Shown piece by piece: positions 1 to 9,802 of a stretch of 64,000 bases of DNA. The DNA is from Candidatus Bathyarchaeota archaeon. Lineage in GTDB: Archaea > Thermoproteota > Bathyarchaeia > Bathyarchaeales > Bathycorpusculaceae. The DNA is taken from contig CAWDYC010000009.1 of the NCBI GenBank assembly GCA_963806535.1, positions 96,001 through 160,000 on the forward strand, read 5' to 3'. The first letter of the stretch is position 1; every line of letters starts with the position of its first letter. Below the pieces are notes generated by a model that was given only the letters and a program-made list of their open reading frames with translations, had not been told where the DNA came from and did no database searches. The translations under genes and the position numbers were made by a program.

Positions 1-855
1 AAATACGCCCTACACATGGTTCCTGCTGCATTCTTAAATCCAAAAACACGCCTGCTAATAGCGGCAGGAGCTAACGTTGATGTTAAGACATTTCTTAGTG
101 AAGTTGAATTAACTAAAGTGCAAGGCAGAATTGCTATAGATCAAAATGCTTCGATTATTGAAGAGAAACATAGTGCTCAGGACAAGGCAAGCGCCGTCAA
201 TAAAGGGATTGGAACTACAGGGCGAGGTGTAGGTCCAGCCTTGGAAGAACGTGTTAGGCGAACTGCAAAGCTTGCCAAAGACATCCCTGAATTAAAATCG
301 TACCTTGCTGACCAAGTGCAAGAAGTTAACGACGGTTTGGATTCTGGCAAAAAAGTGGTTCTGGAAGGTACACAGGGCTTTATGCTGTCGCTGTTTTTAG
401 GCGGTGGTTACCCCTACGTAACAGGAAGAGATACTGGGGCATCAGCTATAGCTTCAGAAGCTGGTGTGGGGCCTACACGAGTTGACGATGTATTAATCGT
501 TTACAAATCATTCATAACAAGAGTTGGAGCTGGCCCATTGCCTGGAGAAATAACAAAAGAAGAAGCCCAGAAAAGAGGTTGGTTTGAAGTCGCAGCTGGA
601 ACAGGCAGAGATAGACGTTCCGCACCTTTTGATTTTGATTTAGCCAAAAAAACTGCCAGAATAAATGGTGCCACTCAAGCTGCGATGACTAAATTGGACT
701 GTATTTTCCCTGGTTGCAGAAGCGCCAAAAAATATAGTGATCTGCCCAAGGAAGCAAAAGAATTCATAAAAGAAGTGGAGGACAAGACAGGAGTTCCCAT
801 TGTTTTAATTGGCACTGGACCTGAAGCATTGGATATAGTGGACCGTAGAAAATAG
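1..855 (+). CDS. purA: Adenylosuccinate synthetase, short archaeal type, 5'-truncated by window
   Basis: GTTGRGVGP, LEGTQG, YPYVT, TRVGAGP and TKLD motifs; frame open from base 1. Confidence 0.95.
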   Translation, partial: KYALHMVPAAFLNPKTRLLIAAGANVDVKTFLSEVELTKVQGRIAIDQNASIIEEKHSAQDKASAVNKGIGTTGRGVGPALEERVRRTAKLAKDIPELKSYLADQVQEVNDGLDSGKKVVLEGTQGFMLSLFLGGGYPYVTGRDTGASAIASEAGVGPTRVDDVLIVYKSFITRVGAGPLPGEITKEEAQKRGWFEVAAGTGRDRRSAPFDFDLAKKTARINGATQAAMTKLDCIFPGCRSAKKYSDLPKEAKEFIKEVEDKTGVPIVLIGTGPEALDIVDRRK

Positions 856-902
856 GAACTTTTATTTGCTAACAAGCAAATGCTCTTTCAAGGCGTCATG
901 AA

Positions 903-2043
903 ATGATAGCGTCCAAGCGTTTTATTAAAGCGTCAGCTAGTCTACTAATTCTCTTGTTTGCAGCAGGATTACTTGTTGGAGGATTAGGCATTTATTATAT
1001 AACTTATCTGCAGGTCAACAGCTTAAATACTCAAGTTTCAAATCTCCAGAATCAGGTTTCTGACCTTAGAGGATTCCAAAACTCAACCTACCAAAATATC
1101 ACTATACTTCAAAACGGCAGTTCTATAGCTGACATTTACCGATGGAGTGCGCAACTCTGTTGTTTTAGTGCAAGGGAACACCGACAATGGAACGGTTCAA
1201 GGCTCAGGTTTTGTCTACAATTTTGAAGGCTCTATGGTTGTTTTAACTAATTATCATGTTGTTCAAAGTACGACTGGTTTAAGCGTTACATTCTCTGATG
1301 GACATGGTTATTCAGTCAAGATTCTAGGAACTGACCCTTATTCTGATTTAGCAGTGCTTTCCGTGAATGATGCTCCATCTTCCGAGTTTAAACCAGTCAC
1401 TATTGTAAGTTCGTCCACACTTAATGTTGGTGAATTAGCCATCGCTATTGGAAACCCCTATGGGCTAGTTGGATCGTTAACAACTGGCGCAGTAAGCGCT
1501 CTTGGAAGAACAATAACTGAAGATATAGCTGGAGGCTATGCGATTGCTAATATTATTCAAACAAGCACACCTATTAATCCTGGAAATTCGGGTGGACCAT
1601 TACTTAATGCTGTCGGAGATGTTGTCGGGATTACCGCCGCCATAGTCACAGATTCACAAGGATTAGGTTTTGCAATTCCCTCAGATACAATACTTCGTGA
1701 AATAACAGCGTTAGTAACAACTGGCTCATACCATGGACACTCTTATCTTGGCGTAACAGGACGAGACATGGATTACACAACCGCGCAACAAACAGGTGCA
1801 ACTGTTACATATGGTTGGAAAATCGCGTCAGTAGTAACTGGAGGACCTTCAGATGGCAACTTAAAAGTTGGAGACATCATAGTTGCCCTTAATAATCAAA
1901 CAATTAGAAATAATGATGATTTAGCAAGCTACTTAGAAGAACATACCTTGCCCGGCGACAGTTTACTTATAACTGTTGCCAGAGGAAACACGCAGACACA
2001 AGTAACCGTTGATCTTGGGGAAAGACCAGCACCAACCTCTTAG
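903..2043 (+). CDS. HtrA/DegP-like membrane-anchored serine protease with PDZ domain (frameshift ~1140)
   Basis: N-terminal TM and coiled coil in ORF 903-1226; catalytic triad motifs TNYHV, DLAV, GNSGGP and PDZ (LKVGDII) in ORF 1147-2043. Confidence 0.9.
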
Positions 2044-2219
2044 GACTTTTTTTTAGATTTTTTTAGTCTTATTTGACACGCTAATATTCTGAAGCAAAAA
2101 TTGCATTTTCTTGGTCAAATATGTTAGCAAGTAACTTTTCGTCGTGTTTTTTGTAATCTATTTAAATCAAAGATAAATACTGGTAGTGCAATTTCGTTAC
2201 GTTAATGGAGAAATAAAAG

Positions 2220-2642
2220 TTGTCTGTAGCGCAAAGAAAATATTTCACTGAAATCGCCGCGTTGGCAGATAAAACGGTATCTGTCGTCACAACTACAGGA
2301 AAAACATTTACCGGCACATTGATCGGAATTAACCCTGACAATATGAGTCTTAGCATAAGTGATGCGAAAGATGACTCTGGAAAATTAGTTCACAGAATAT
2401 TTCTAAACGGATCTGTTGTCGCTCAAATCTCAAGCGCAGAAAAACCCTTTGACCTTAAAGCCTTGGCTTCAAGACTTGAAAAAGTGTTTCCAACTATGGT
2501 TAAACTATACGATGATCAAGGATTCATCTGGGTAATGGACAAGGTAAAACTAACTGAAAAAGGTGTAATTGAAGGTTCAGGTCCGGCTGCCGATCGAGTG
2601 CAAAGAGTATACGAAGCATTCATGAGTGAAGTAAAAGCCTAA
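2220..2642 (+). CDS. Lsm/Sm-like RNA-binding protein with C-terminal extension (SmAP3-like)
   Basis: Sm1-like GKTFTGTLIGIN and Sm2-like IFLNGSVV followed by a ~65-aa extra domain. Confidence 0.8.
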   Translation: MSVAQRKYFTEIAALADKTVSVVTTTGKTFTGTLIGINPDNMSLSISDAKDDSGKLVHRIFLNGSVVAQISSAEKPFDLKALASRLEKVFPTMVKLYDDQGFIWVMDKVKLTEKGVIEGSGPAADRVQRVYEAFMSEVKA

Positions 2643-3392
2643 ATAAACCAGCGCAGTTGTTGCTCCTCTTTCTTCTTTTCTTCTGTAATGCTTCTGATAA
2701 TTCCAAATGATTCTAAGGTCTTTTTGATTTCAACTCCGCTTTCTTCAAGCTTGGATTGGTCAACGTTAAGATTCAAGTATTTGTCAAGTAAATTCAAGGC
2801 ATATCTTGCAGCGTTTACGTCCGGGTTCATTCCGGGGGTATCTACAAGAAGCGAGAAACCTTTTATATCCCTGATTTTAGCCAGCCCAATAGATAAGCCA
2901 GCGATGCCGAAAACATGTCCAACCATCACTTTAGTTCCTAAATCCAAAGCTTCCTGCATTGACTCCAAGTCTGTTGCTGTACTGTAAATTGCAGGTACTG
3001 GTTGGACTTCATCTTTTTTGAATCCTCCAATAGAAATTACGAAGCGGCAACCAAATTGCTGTGCTAAATCAAGAACTTTACCAACCAATTCATATTGCCC
3101 AACAGTTGTCAATGCTTGTGTGTTTCCAAACCAAATAATTAAGTCGCGTTTGCCATTTTCCCGCTTAACATAATAGAGTTCATTTATGGGTGTAAGTGCT
3201 CCGCCATCTCCAGTTGTCACTGCAAAATCTTGGAATGAGGAAGAAAAGATCTGCACAAATTTTTTGGCTTTAAGCTCTTTTATCAAATGCAAGTGTTGCG
3301 ATGTTAGCTACAAATCCTATTCCAGGCAACCCTTCGATGAGGATTGGATCGTTAAGTTGCGGTTTTTCACTTATGTCTATTGAGCAAACCAT
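2639..3392 (-). CDS. PAC2-family proteasome assembly chaperone (frameshift near 5' end)
   Basis: Upstream frame reads MVCSIDISEKPQLNDPILIEGLPGIGFVANIA and continues into ORF 2639-3292 (ISIGG, GIAGL, PDVNAA). Confidence 0.85.
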
Positions 3393-3535
3393 TGTTGCGC
3401 ATCTCTCTTCGGTATTAGACAAACTATTGTGATATAAGTATGTCTAATCTAAGAGAACAATGCAAAGTTAGTTATTTGTTGTTATTTTGAGATTTTGGAA
3501 TAAGCTTAAATTTTCAGCGAGGTAATTTAAAACGG

Positions 3536-4991
3536 GTGTATACCTTGCGGAAGCTTGCATGTGCAATTCTAGCTATAGCCATTTTGTCGTGTGGGCTTCT
3601 ATTTCTTGAAGGTGCACATGCCACTTACGTTTATGCGCAAACAATTACAGGAAACACCACTTGGACAATTCAAAACAGTCCTTATTTTCTGCAGGGAAAT
3701 GTGGTTGTAGACAAGGGAGTTACGTTAACTATTCTGCCTGGTGTAACGGTAAATTTCGGTAGCTACCAGCTAACAGTAGCTGGCACATTAAAAGCGCAAG
3801 GTAGCATTGGAATGGTGATAGTTTTCTCAAGCAGTGGGTTTTCGAATCAAGGAATTAATTTCACTCCAAACAGCATTTCTTCTATAATAGATGACGCACT
3901 AATTTACTCGGTGCCCATTATTATCAATGGCGGGTATACCCAGATAAGCAATAGTTACTTCGCAAGTACACCTACGACCCCAATTACGGTTAACAGCGCT
4001 TCTTCTTCAATACAAAGTAACACAATAAACTTCCAATCGTGTAACGGAATTCAAATCAATGGAGGGTCGGTTTCCATTTTGAATAATTTGATAATAGGTC
4101 AAGGGCAAAACTACGGAATCTACACCAAAGGCGCCGCTATCATCACCAACAACAATATTACTAATTGCTTTTCAGGAATTTATGCAGCAACTCAATCAAC
4201 CATTCAACAAAACAATATCATGTATAATATTAACGATGGAATCCGCAGCGACAATTCATCGTCTCTAATTCAGAACAATGCAATTGCGAACAACCTGTGC
4301 GGGGTCAGTGGAACTGGCGATATTGAAAGCAACACTATCACTGGTAATTCTGTAGGAATATGGGGGCCAAATTTGACGGCAACTATTACTTTGAACAACA
4401 TTTTCGCAAACTTTAATGCGACAGGGGGTTATGTGCAAAACATTCACATGACATTTTTGGATAATTTATCATTCCCCAATAATTGGTGGGGACTAACCGA
4501 TGTGTCGGCGATTAACCAAACAATTTGGGATTTCAAAAATGATACCGCACACTTAGGAATAGTAAACTTTAGTCCATTCTTGAATCAAGCGAATCCTAAC
4601 GCACCTTCTGTCCCGACCGTTATTCCTGTTCCAACGCCACCTTTGAGTCCTACTCCTGGTTCAACTTCAACTCCAACAATAACTCCTTCACCCACCTCGA
4701 GCGTTACAGCAACTCCAACACCAACTTCAGTCTCGGAAACTCACTCCATATTCGACTCCAGAACTAAATCCTACCCAAACGCCCCAATCACCACAAGGAA
4801 GCCCCGTCACAAGTATAGGTCAATTCAGCATGACGGACATAACTAATATGTTAGTTATTGTCTTAGCCATTGCATTGGCCGTCACAATAATTGTTATTAT
4901 CAACATCAAATCGAGAAAAACTCAAAACAAAAAATCACCAAAGAAACAGCAGCGACGAAGTAAGCCAAGAAAAGTGTTTCCTGAAAGTTAA
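3536..4991 (+). CDS. Secreted right-handed beta-helix (NosD/pectin lyase-like) surface protein with Pro/Thr linker and C-terminal TM (frameshift ~4750)
   Basis: Signal peptide, TWT..NSPY motif, Asn/Ile ladder repeats, NNWWG, PT-rich linker; TM plus basic tail in the shifted frame. Confidence 0.75.
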
Positions 4992-5057
4992 CTCTTTTAC
5001 TAAGCTTTTTTTAAACTTTTTTATAACCGAGCAACCCATCATGTTTAGGCTTCAGAA

Positions 5058-6683
5058 TTGAGTTTCGAAATTAAAGAAAAAGACTTGCTTGGCAGAATAG
5101 GCAAATTAAAAACTAAAAGCGGAACAGTGGAAACTCCCCTTTTGTACCCTGTAATTAATCCCAGCATTCAGCTTGTTACGCCAAGAAAGCTTAAGGAAAC
5201 CTTCGGTTTTGAAGCAGTAATAACGAACGCTTACATACTCAATAAACGCTATGGCGACAAAGTAGCCAATGAAGGCTTGCACAAATTTCTAGATTTTGAT
5301 GGAGCTGTAATGACTGATTCAGGAGCCTACCAAATCCTCGTTTACGGCGGAGTAGAAGTCAGCCAAAAAGAAATCGTTGCCTACCAAGAATGCATCGGCA
5401 GCGACATTGCTACAATGCTTGACATACCAACAGGGTGGAAAGTGACTAAAGAACAAGCCCAAGAAACCGTCGCTGAAACCCTTAGAAGAGCCAAAGATTT
5501 CTTCAAAATCAAAACGCGCGACGATATTTTATGGGTTGGACCAGTTCAAGGCGGAAGACACCTTGATCTTGTTGCAAGTTCGGCTGCCGAAATGGGAAGC
5601 CTACCCTTCCAAATCCACGCACTTGGAAGCCCGACTGAAGTAATGGAAAGCTACCGATATGACGTTTTAGCTGACATGATTCTAACAGCCAAAAAAGGCT
5701 TACCAATAGAGCGGCCATTGCACTTGTTTGGCGCTGGGCACCCATCCATGTTTTCACTTGCTGTTTCGCTTGGCTGTGACCTTTTCGATTCAGCAGCTTA
5801 CGTTCTGTATGCTCGAGAAAATCGTTACATGACTGAAAACGGCACATGGCACCTGAATGAGCTAGATTATTTTCCATGTTCATGCCCTAGATGCTCAAGT
5901 GAAACGCCAAGAGGGCTTGAACGAAAAACGAAGAAAGAGCAGGAGGTTTTCTTAGCTGAACATAATCTCTACGTTTGCGTTGCCGAGATGAGGCGAATCA
6001 AACAGGCTATTCGAGACGGTAGATTATGGGAACATACAGAAATGCGAGTACATGGTCATCCAGCATTACTCACTGCTCTCAAAAAACTGAGGGAACACGC
6101 TGATTTCCTGGAAAAGTACAGTCCAATAGCGAAGAGCAGTGGCTTTTTTTATTTTGATTCCGAAGGACTTGCACGCCCGGAAATCGCCCATTTTCGCATC
6201 CGTCTCACTGAAAGATATGAACCACCCAATGAGGTGAAAGTTCTTTTTCTTGTGCCCCAAACACGGAATAAACCGTTTCACAAAGCGCCTGAATTCAAGA
6301 AGATTCGCCAGCTTTTCCGCAGTTTAGGCGAAAATCTTGAATCAAAAATCCATGTGTGCGTATACTGCGCCCCTTTTGGCGTAGTTCCATTGGAACTTGA
6401 TGAGATTTATCCGCTTAGTCAACATGAAGCGGCATTGCTAATTGACTTAGAAACTATGAATTATGTGGCAAACCAAACCCGAGAATACATCAAGCGCTCG
6501 ACTTATGGCAGTGTGGTTTTGCTTAATGATTCGAAAATGTGGCAGGGTATTATTAAAAAAGCTTGCAAATTAGCTTGTAAAGAAAAGGGTTTGACTTTTG
6601 ATTATGTTGATGCTAAGGTGAGGGGAAGCAAAGAGATTTTAGGTCGTTTAGAAAAGATTTTTCGGAAACATCTAAGTGAATAA
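5058..6683 (+). CDS. tgtA: Archaeosine tRNA-guanine(15) transglycosylase
   Basis: MTDSGAYQ, HLFGAGHP, DLFDSAAY, Zn site CSCPRC...HNL. Confidence 0.95.
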   Translation: MSFEIKEKDLLGRIGKLKTKSGTVETPLLYPVINPSIQLVTPRKLKETFGFEAVITNAYILNKRYGDKVANEGLHKFLDFDGAVMTDSGAYQILVYGGVEVSQKEIVAYQECIGSDIATMLDIPTGWKVTKEQAQETVAETLRRAKDFFKIKTRDDILWVGPVQGGRHLDLVASSAAEMGSLPFQIHALGSPTEVMESYRYDVLADMILTAKKGLPIERPLHLFGAGHPSMFSLAVSLGCDLFDSAAYVLYARENRYMTENGTWHLNELDYFPCSCPRCSSETPRGLERKTKKEQEVFLAEHNLYVCVAEMRRIKQAIRDGRLWEHTEMRVHGHPALLTALKKLREHADFLEKYSPIAKSSGFFYFDSEGLARPEIAHFRIRLTERYEPPNEVKVLFLVPQTRNKPFHKAPEFKKIRQLFRSLGENLESKIHVCVYCAPFGVVPLELDEIYPLSQHEAALLIDLETMNYVANQTREYIKRSTYGSVVLLNDSKMWQGIIKKACKLACKEKGLTFDYVDAKVRGSKEILGRLEKIFRKHLSE

Positions 6684-6739
6684 CATGATTCAAGCCGACC
6701 TTCATCTCCGCGGCTATATCTTTTTAAGCTGTGAAAATC

Positions 6740-6874
6740 TTGACAAATAAGCGTCAAAAGAAATTAGACCTTCCTAAAGATTCAACATGTCCATTTTGCG
6801 GAACTAAAATTAATCATTCTCAGATGTTAACTTTTGGTTGCTGCAGAACTTGCAGTATGTTAAATTGGAGCTAA
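6740..6874 (+). CDS. Small CPxCG zinc-finger protein (44 aa, not in ORF track)
   Basis: Manual translation MTNKRQKKLDLPKDSTCPFCGTKINHSQMLTFGCCRTCSMLNWS. Confidence 0.5.
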   Translation: MTNKRQKKLDLPKDSTCPFCGTKINHSQMLTFGCCRTCSMLNWS

Positions 6875-6892
6875 AACAAGTCATAAGTTCTC

Positions 6893-7597
6893 TTAAGATA
6901 AACCTACATTCTTGTCAATTTCGCAGCTTATTCCATCGTTAAAATCTTGAGAAAAATCTTGATTCTTTTGGGCTAAATGTAATGTAGCCTCAAACGTAAT
7001 GTTTCCTAATGGGAAACCAACCATAGTTGTGCTGTTGGTACCTTGATCTCTAAAGACGTTTCGAAGAACACCTGAATTCAAATATACGTAGGCTTGAACC
7101 CATAATTTGTCAGTGACAGGGTTCATTACATTCTTTAAAATAGGATACTCATATTGATGGTTGTTTAAGAAAAATGAAGTACTTGCATACTTGGCAAGGC
7201 TCATATTAACATAGTAATAGGTCACTTCGCTGTCTAAACTATTTGGGTCGGTAAAACTGATATTTTTTACATTTACCGTCAACATTCCATCGAAAGGTGA
7301 ATCAACCTTTAAATCAATATTTACCATGCCTTCAAGGAAAATTACTGTTTCGTTAGGTCTAAAATCAAAATTTCGAAGCGTAGATGAGCTTGTATCATTA
7401 GAAAATATGACGGGTGTAAAGTTATAAAGCAAGTTCTGGAGTGTAATGTTTTGTCTTGAATAATAATCGGAAGAAATCGCTGAATATACTGTTGCAGTTG
7501 CTAGAGCAATGCTCAAGATTAAGCTAATAATTTGCCAAAAGGTGGGTCTTTTTGCCTTCTTTTCTTTAACCTTTACACCAAACGGTTGCAGGGTCAT
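6893..7597 (-). CDS. Hypothetical membrane-anchored protein
   Basis: 234-aa ORF; basic N-terminus, one TM, Asn-rich beta-like ectodomain. Confidence 0.65.
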   Translation of the reverse strand: MTLQPFGVKVKEKKAKRPTFWQIISLILSIALATATVYSAISSDYYSRQNITLQNLLYNFTPVIFSNDTSSSTLRNFDFRPNETVIFLEGMVNIDLKVDSPFDGMLTVNVKNISFTDPNSLDSEVTYYYVNMSLAKYASTSFFLNNHQYEYPILKNVMNPVTDKLWVQAYVYLNSGVLRNVFRDQGTNSTTMVGFPLGNITFEATLHLAQKNQDFSQDFNDGISCEIDKNVGLS

Positions 7598-7641
7598 AAA
7601 ATATAATATGGAAATGGCACTTTTAAGACTTCTACTAAAGT

Positions 7642-7670
7642 GAAAGTAAAACTAGGACAAAAAAGCGCAA
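7642..7670. repeat. 29-bp imperfect direct repeat, copy 1
   Basis: gaaagtaaaactaggacaaaaaagcgcaa; matches 7932-7960 with 1 substitution and 2 one-base gaps. Confidence 0.7.
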
Positions 7671-7677
7671 TGAAGAA

Positions 7678-7854
7678 TCAGATAAATACAAGTTTTTCAC
7701 CGCACATAGGGCACTCTACAGGATATTTATTTTGAAAGTATAGTAATTCGTAGCAACAAACAGAGCAGAAATGTATTTGGCATTTTGGACAGAGCTTGGA
7801 AGCTGCACCTATCCGTTTTCCGCATGCGTCACACGGTCGGGTTAAATCTACCAT
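7678..7854 (-). CDS. Small C4C4 RING-like zinc-finger protein (58 aa, not in ORF track)
   Basis: MVDLTRPCDACGKRIGAASKLCPKCQIHFCSVCCYELLYFQNKYPVECPMCGEKLVFI; TATA-like AT tract ~30 nt upstream. Confidence 0.8.
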   Translation of the reverse strand: MVDLTRPCDACGKRIGAASKLCPKCQIHFCSVCCYELLYFQNKYPVECPMCGEKLVFI

Positions 7855-7931
7855 AGTCCTGATTTTGAGGTTTTAATATATTATATAACGGTGAGGTTGA
7901 ACCGACAGTTTAGCGCACTAGAGGCTTAACC

Positions 7932-7960
7932 GAAAGTGAAAACTTGGAAAAAAAGCGCAA
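7932..7960. repeat. 29-bp imperfect direct repeat, copy 2
   Basis: gaaagtgaaaacttggaaaaaaagcgcaa; 290 bp from copy 1. Confidence 0.7.
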
Positions 7961-8009
7961 GAGAGCAAAAACTAAAAGCTTATTCAATCAATACAGTTAA
8001 AGACCACTA

Positions 8010-8840
8010 ATGCCTGAAAAAAAGAAATGTTTTGTAATATCTCCTATAGGCAAACCTAAGTTAAAAACAAATAAAGAAGCAAATAGTGTTTTCGAATATG
8101 TTATTTCAAAAGCAGTAGTACCTTTAAACTACACGGCAATTAGGTCAGACCATATTGCTAAATCAGGGCACATCACCATTCAAATTATCGAGCATTTAAA
8201 GAATGATGAACTCGTAATAGCTGATGTAAGAAAACCAAATCCGAATGTTTTCTACGAACTTGCTATTAGACACGTGACAAAAAAGCCATATATTCTCCTT
8301 AAAAAGCCACGGGGAAAACTACCCTTTGATATTGCAGATTGTAGAGCAATTGGCCTAGATATTACTGATCCTGAAAGCGTTGAAAATGCAAAAAAGGGCA
8401 TTGAGGAACAGATAAATTCAATGGAAGAAGAAACAACCAATCCTCTCTCTTTAGCTCTTGACAATTTGTTTTTACGTGAAAGCCTTCATCCTATGGAGAA
8501 TCAAATAGGTGAAATTTTTAGAATTGTTTCCGTAATGTCAGCAAGTTCAGCTTTGGGAATGACTGATAAGGAGATTGAACACCAACTTAAAACAGCTACT
8601 CGAATAAGTAGCGATGCCTCAAAACAAGCATGCAAACTAAGGGCGATTGCAGAAGCCATTAAAAACAACGGTAAACTCTCTGCGGAACTTGGAGAGATTA
8701 AGACAATGGAAGAAATTGCACAACAACTTTTCTCATATTATAGAGACCTAACGTTTTGGAATAGAGCCAGATATAGAGAAGCCCAGCGTAACCAAATGGT
8801 GGGTCAAGCGAACCAAAAGACAAGTGATGCAAAAACTTAA
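8010..8840 (+). CDS. Nucleoside 2-deoxyribosyltransferase-like domain protein with helical C-terminal domain
   Basis: CFVISPIG, LVIADV, NPNVFYELAIRH, LPFDI motifs. Confidence 0.75.
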   Translation: MPEKKKCFVISPIGKPKLKTNKEANSVFEYVISKAVVPLNYTAIRSDHIAKSGHITIQIIEHLKNDELVIADVRKPNPNVFYELAIRHVTKKPYILLKKPRGKLPFDIADCRAIGLDITDPESVENAKKGIEEQINSMEEETTNPLSLALDNLFLRESLHPMENQIGEIFRIVSVMSASSALGMTDKEIEHQLKTATRISSDASKQACKLRAIAEAIKNNGKLSAELGEIKTMEEIAQQLFSYYRDLTFWNRARYREAQRNQMVGQANQKTSDAKT

Positions 8841-8884
8841 AGCTGAATTCTATCTTAATGATTAGCTGTTTGGATTGGAAATCA

Positions 8885-9037
8885 ATGGCTAAGCCTAAGA
8901 GAAGCAAAAAGCAACTAATACCTCAGAAAATAATTGATGAAGACTTAGCTAAAAGTAGCATAGTTAACCAAGATGTTAATGAAAAATATGAAGAAAAACC
9001 AAATCAGCCATATGGAGACGAACAAACAAAAGTATAA
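8885..9037 (+). CDS. Small hypothetical protein (50 aa)
   Basis: MAKPKRSKKQLIPQKIIDEDLAKSSIVNQDVNEKYEEKPNQPYGDEQTKV, followed by T-rich tract. Confidence 0.35.
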   Translation: MAKPKRSKKQLIPQKIIDEDLAKSSIVNQDVNEKYEEKPNQPYGDEQTKV

Positions 9038-9155
9038 TGATTGAAGCTTATCCTTCTTTTTTCATTAATCTTTTTTAGCGGGAGCAACAATATTGAGTAT
9101 GAAATCGACTAAAAATCGACTTTAGAGTGTTAATGGGGATGTAATTATAGAAACA

Positions 9156-9746
9156 GTGTACGGCGACCTTCATATTCACACTGTGTACTCTTCTGATTCG
9201 CTTATTCAACCTAAAACAATAGTTGATATGCTCTTAGCTCACAGTTTTATTAAAGTGGCAGCCATAACCGACCATGATAGCGTCCGCGGTTGCAGAGCAA
9301 CAATTGAGTTGGCTTCTGCTTACCCTGATATCTTGATTATACCCGGAGTAGAAATTAGTACAACGGACGGAGACATGTTAGTTTTGGGCACTGAAGAGTT
9401 GCCACCAAAGCCTTGGACACCAGAAGCAGTTGTTGATTACGCAAAAAGCATAGATGCTGTTACGATTGTCGCACATCCGTTTCGAGAGTATGGAATGGGG
9501 GAAATAGCGAGAAAATATAATGTTGACGCGATCGAGGTCCTCAACGGTAACTCTTCGACAGCTGCAAATAATGAGGCTAAAACGCTTGCTAAAAGCATGG
9601 GTTTACCGGGTACAGCCGGTAGCGATGCCCATAATGTTTCCGAGTTGTTTTGCGTCAACGCGAAAATCGATGCAAATTTGAATGTTGAATCTGTGTTGAA
9701 TGCGATTAAGAAGGGTTCTTTATCTGTTCAATTGACAAAAGGATAA
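9156..9746 (+). CDS. PHP-domain phosphoesterase
   Basis: DLHIHT, AITDHD, GVEIS, AHPF, GSDAH motifs. Confidence 0.9.
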   Translation: MYGDLHIHTVYSSDSLIQPKTIVDMLLAHSFIKVAAITDHDSVRGCRATIELASAYPDILIIPGVEISTTDGDMLVLGTEELPPKPWTPEAVVDYAKSIDAVTIVAHPFREYGMGEIARKYNVDAIEVLNGNSSTAANNEAKTLAKSMGLPGTAGSDAHNVSELFCVNAKIDANLNVESVLNAIKKGSLSVQLTKG

Positions 9747-9802
9747 ATATGTTTTTAAAACAGCTTAGTTAATTTTTAATCGTTAACTGTTAACAATAAG
9801 GA

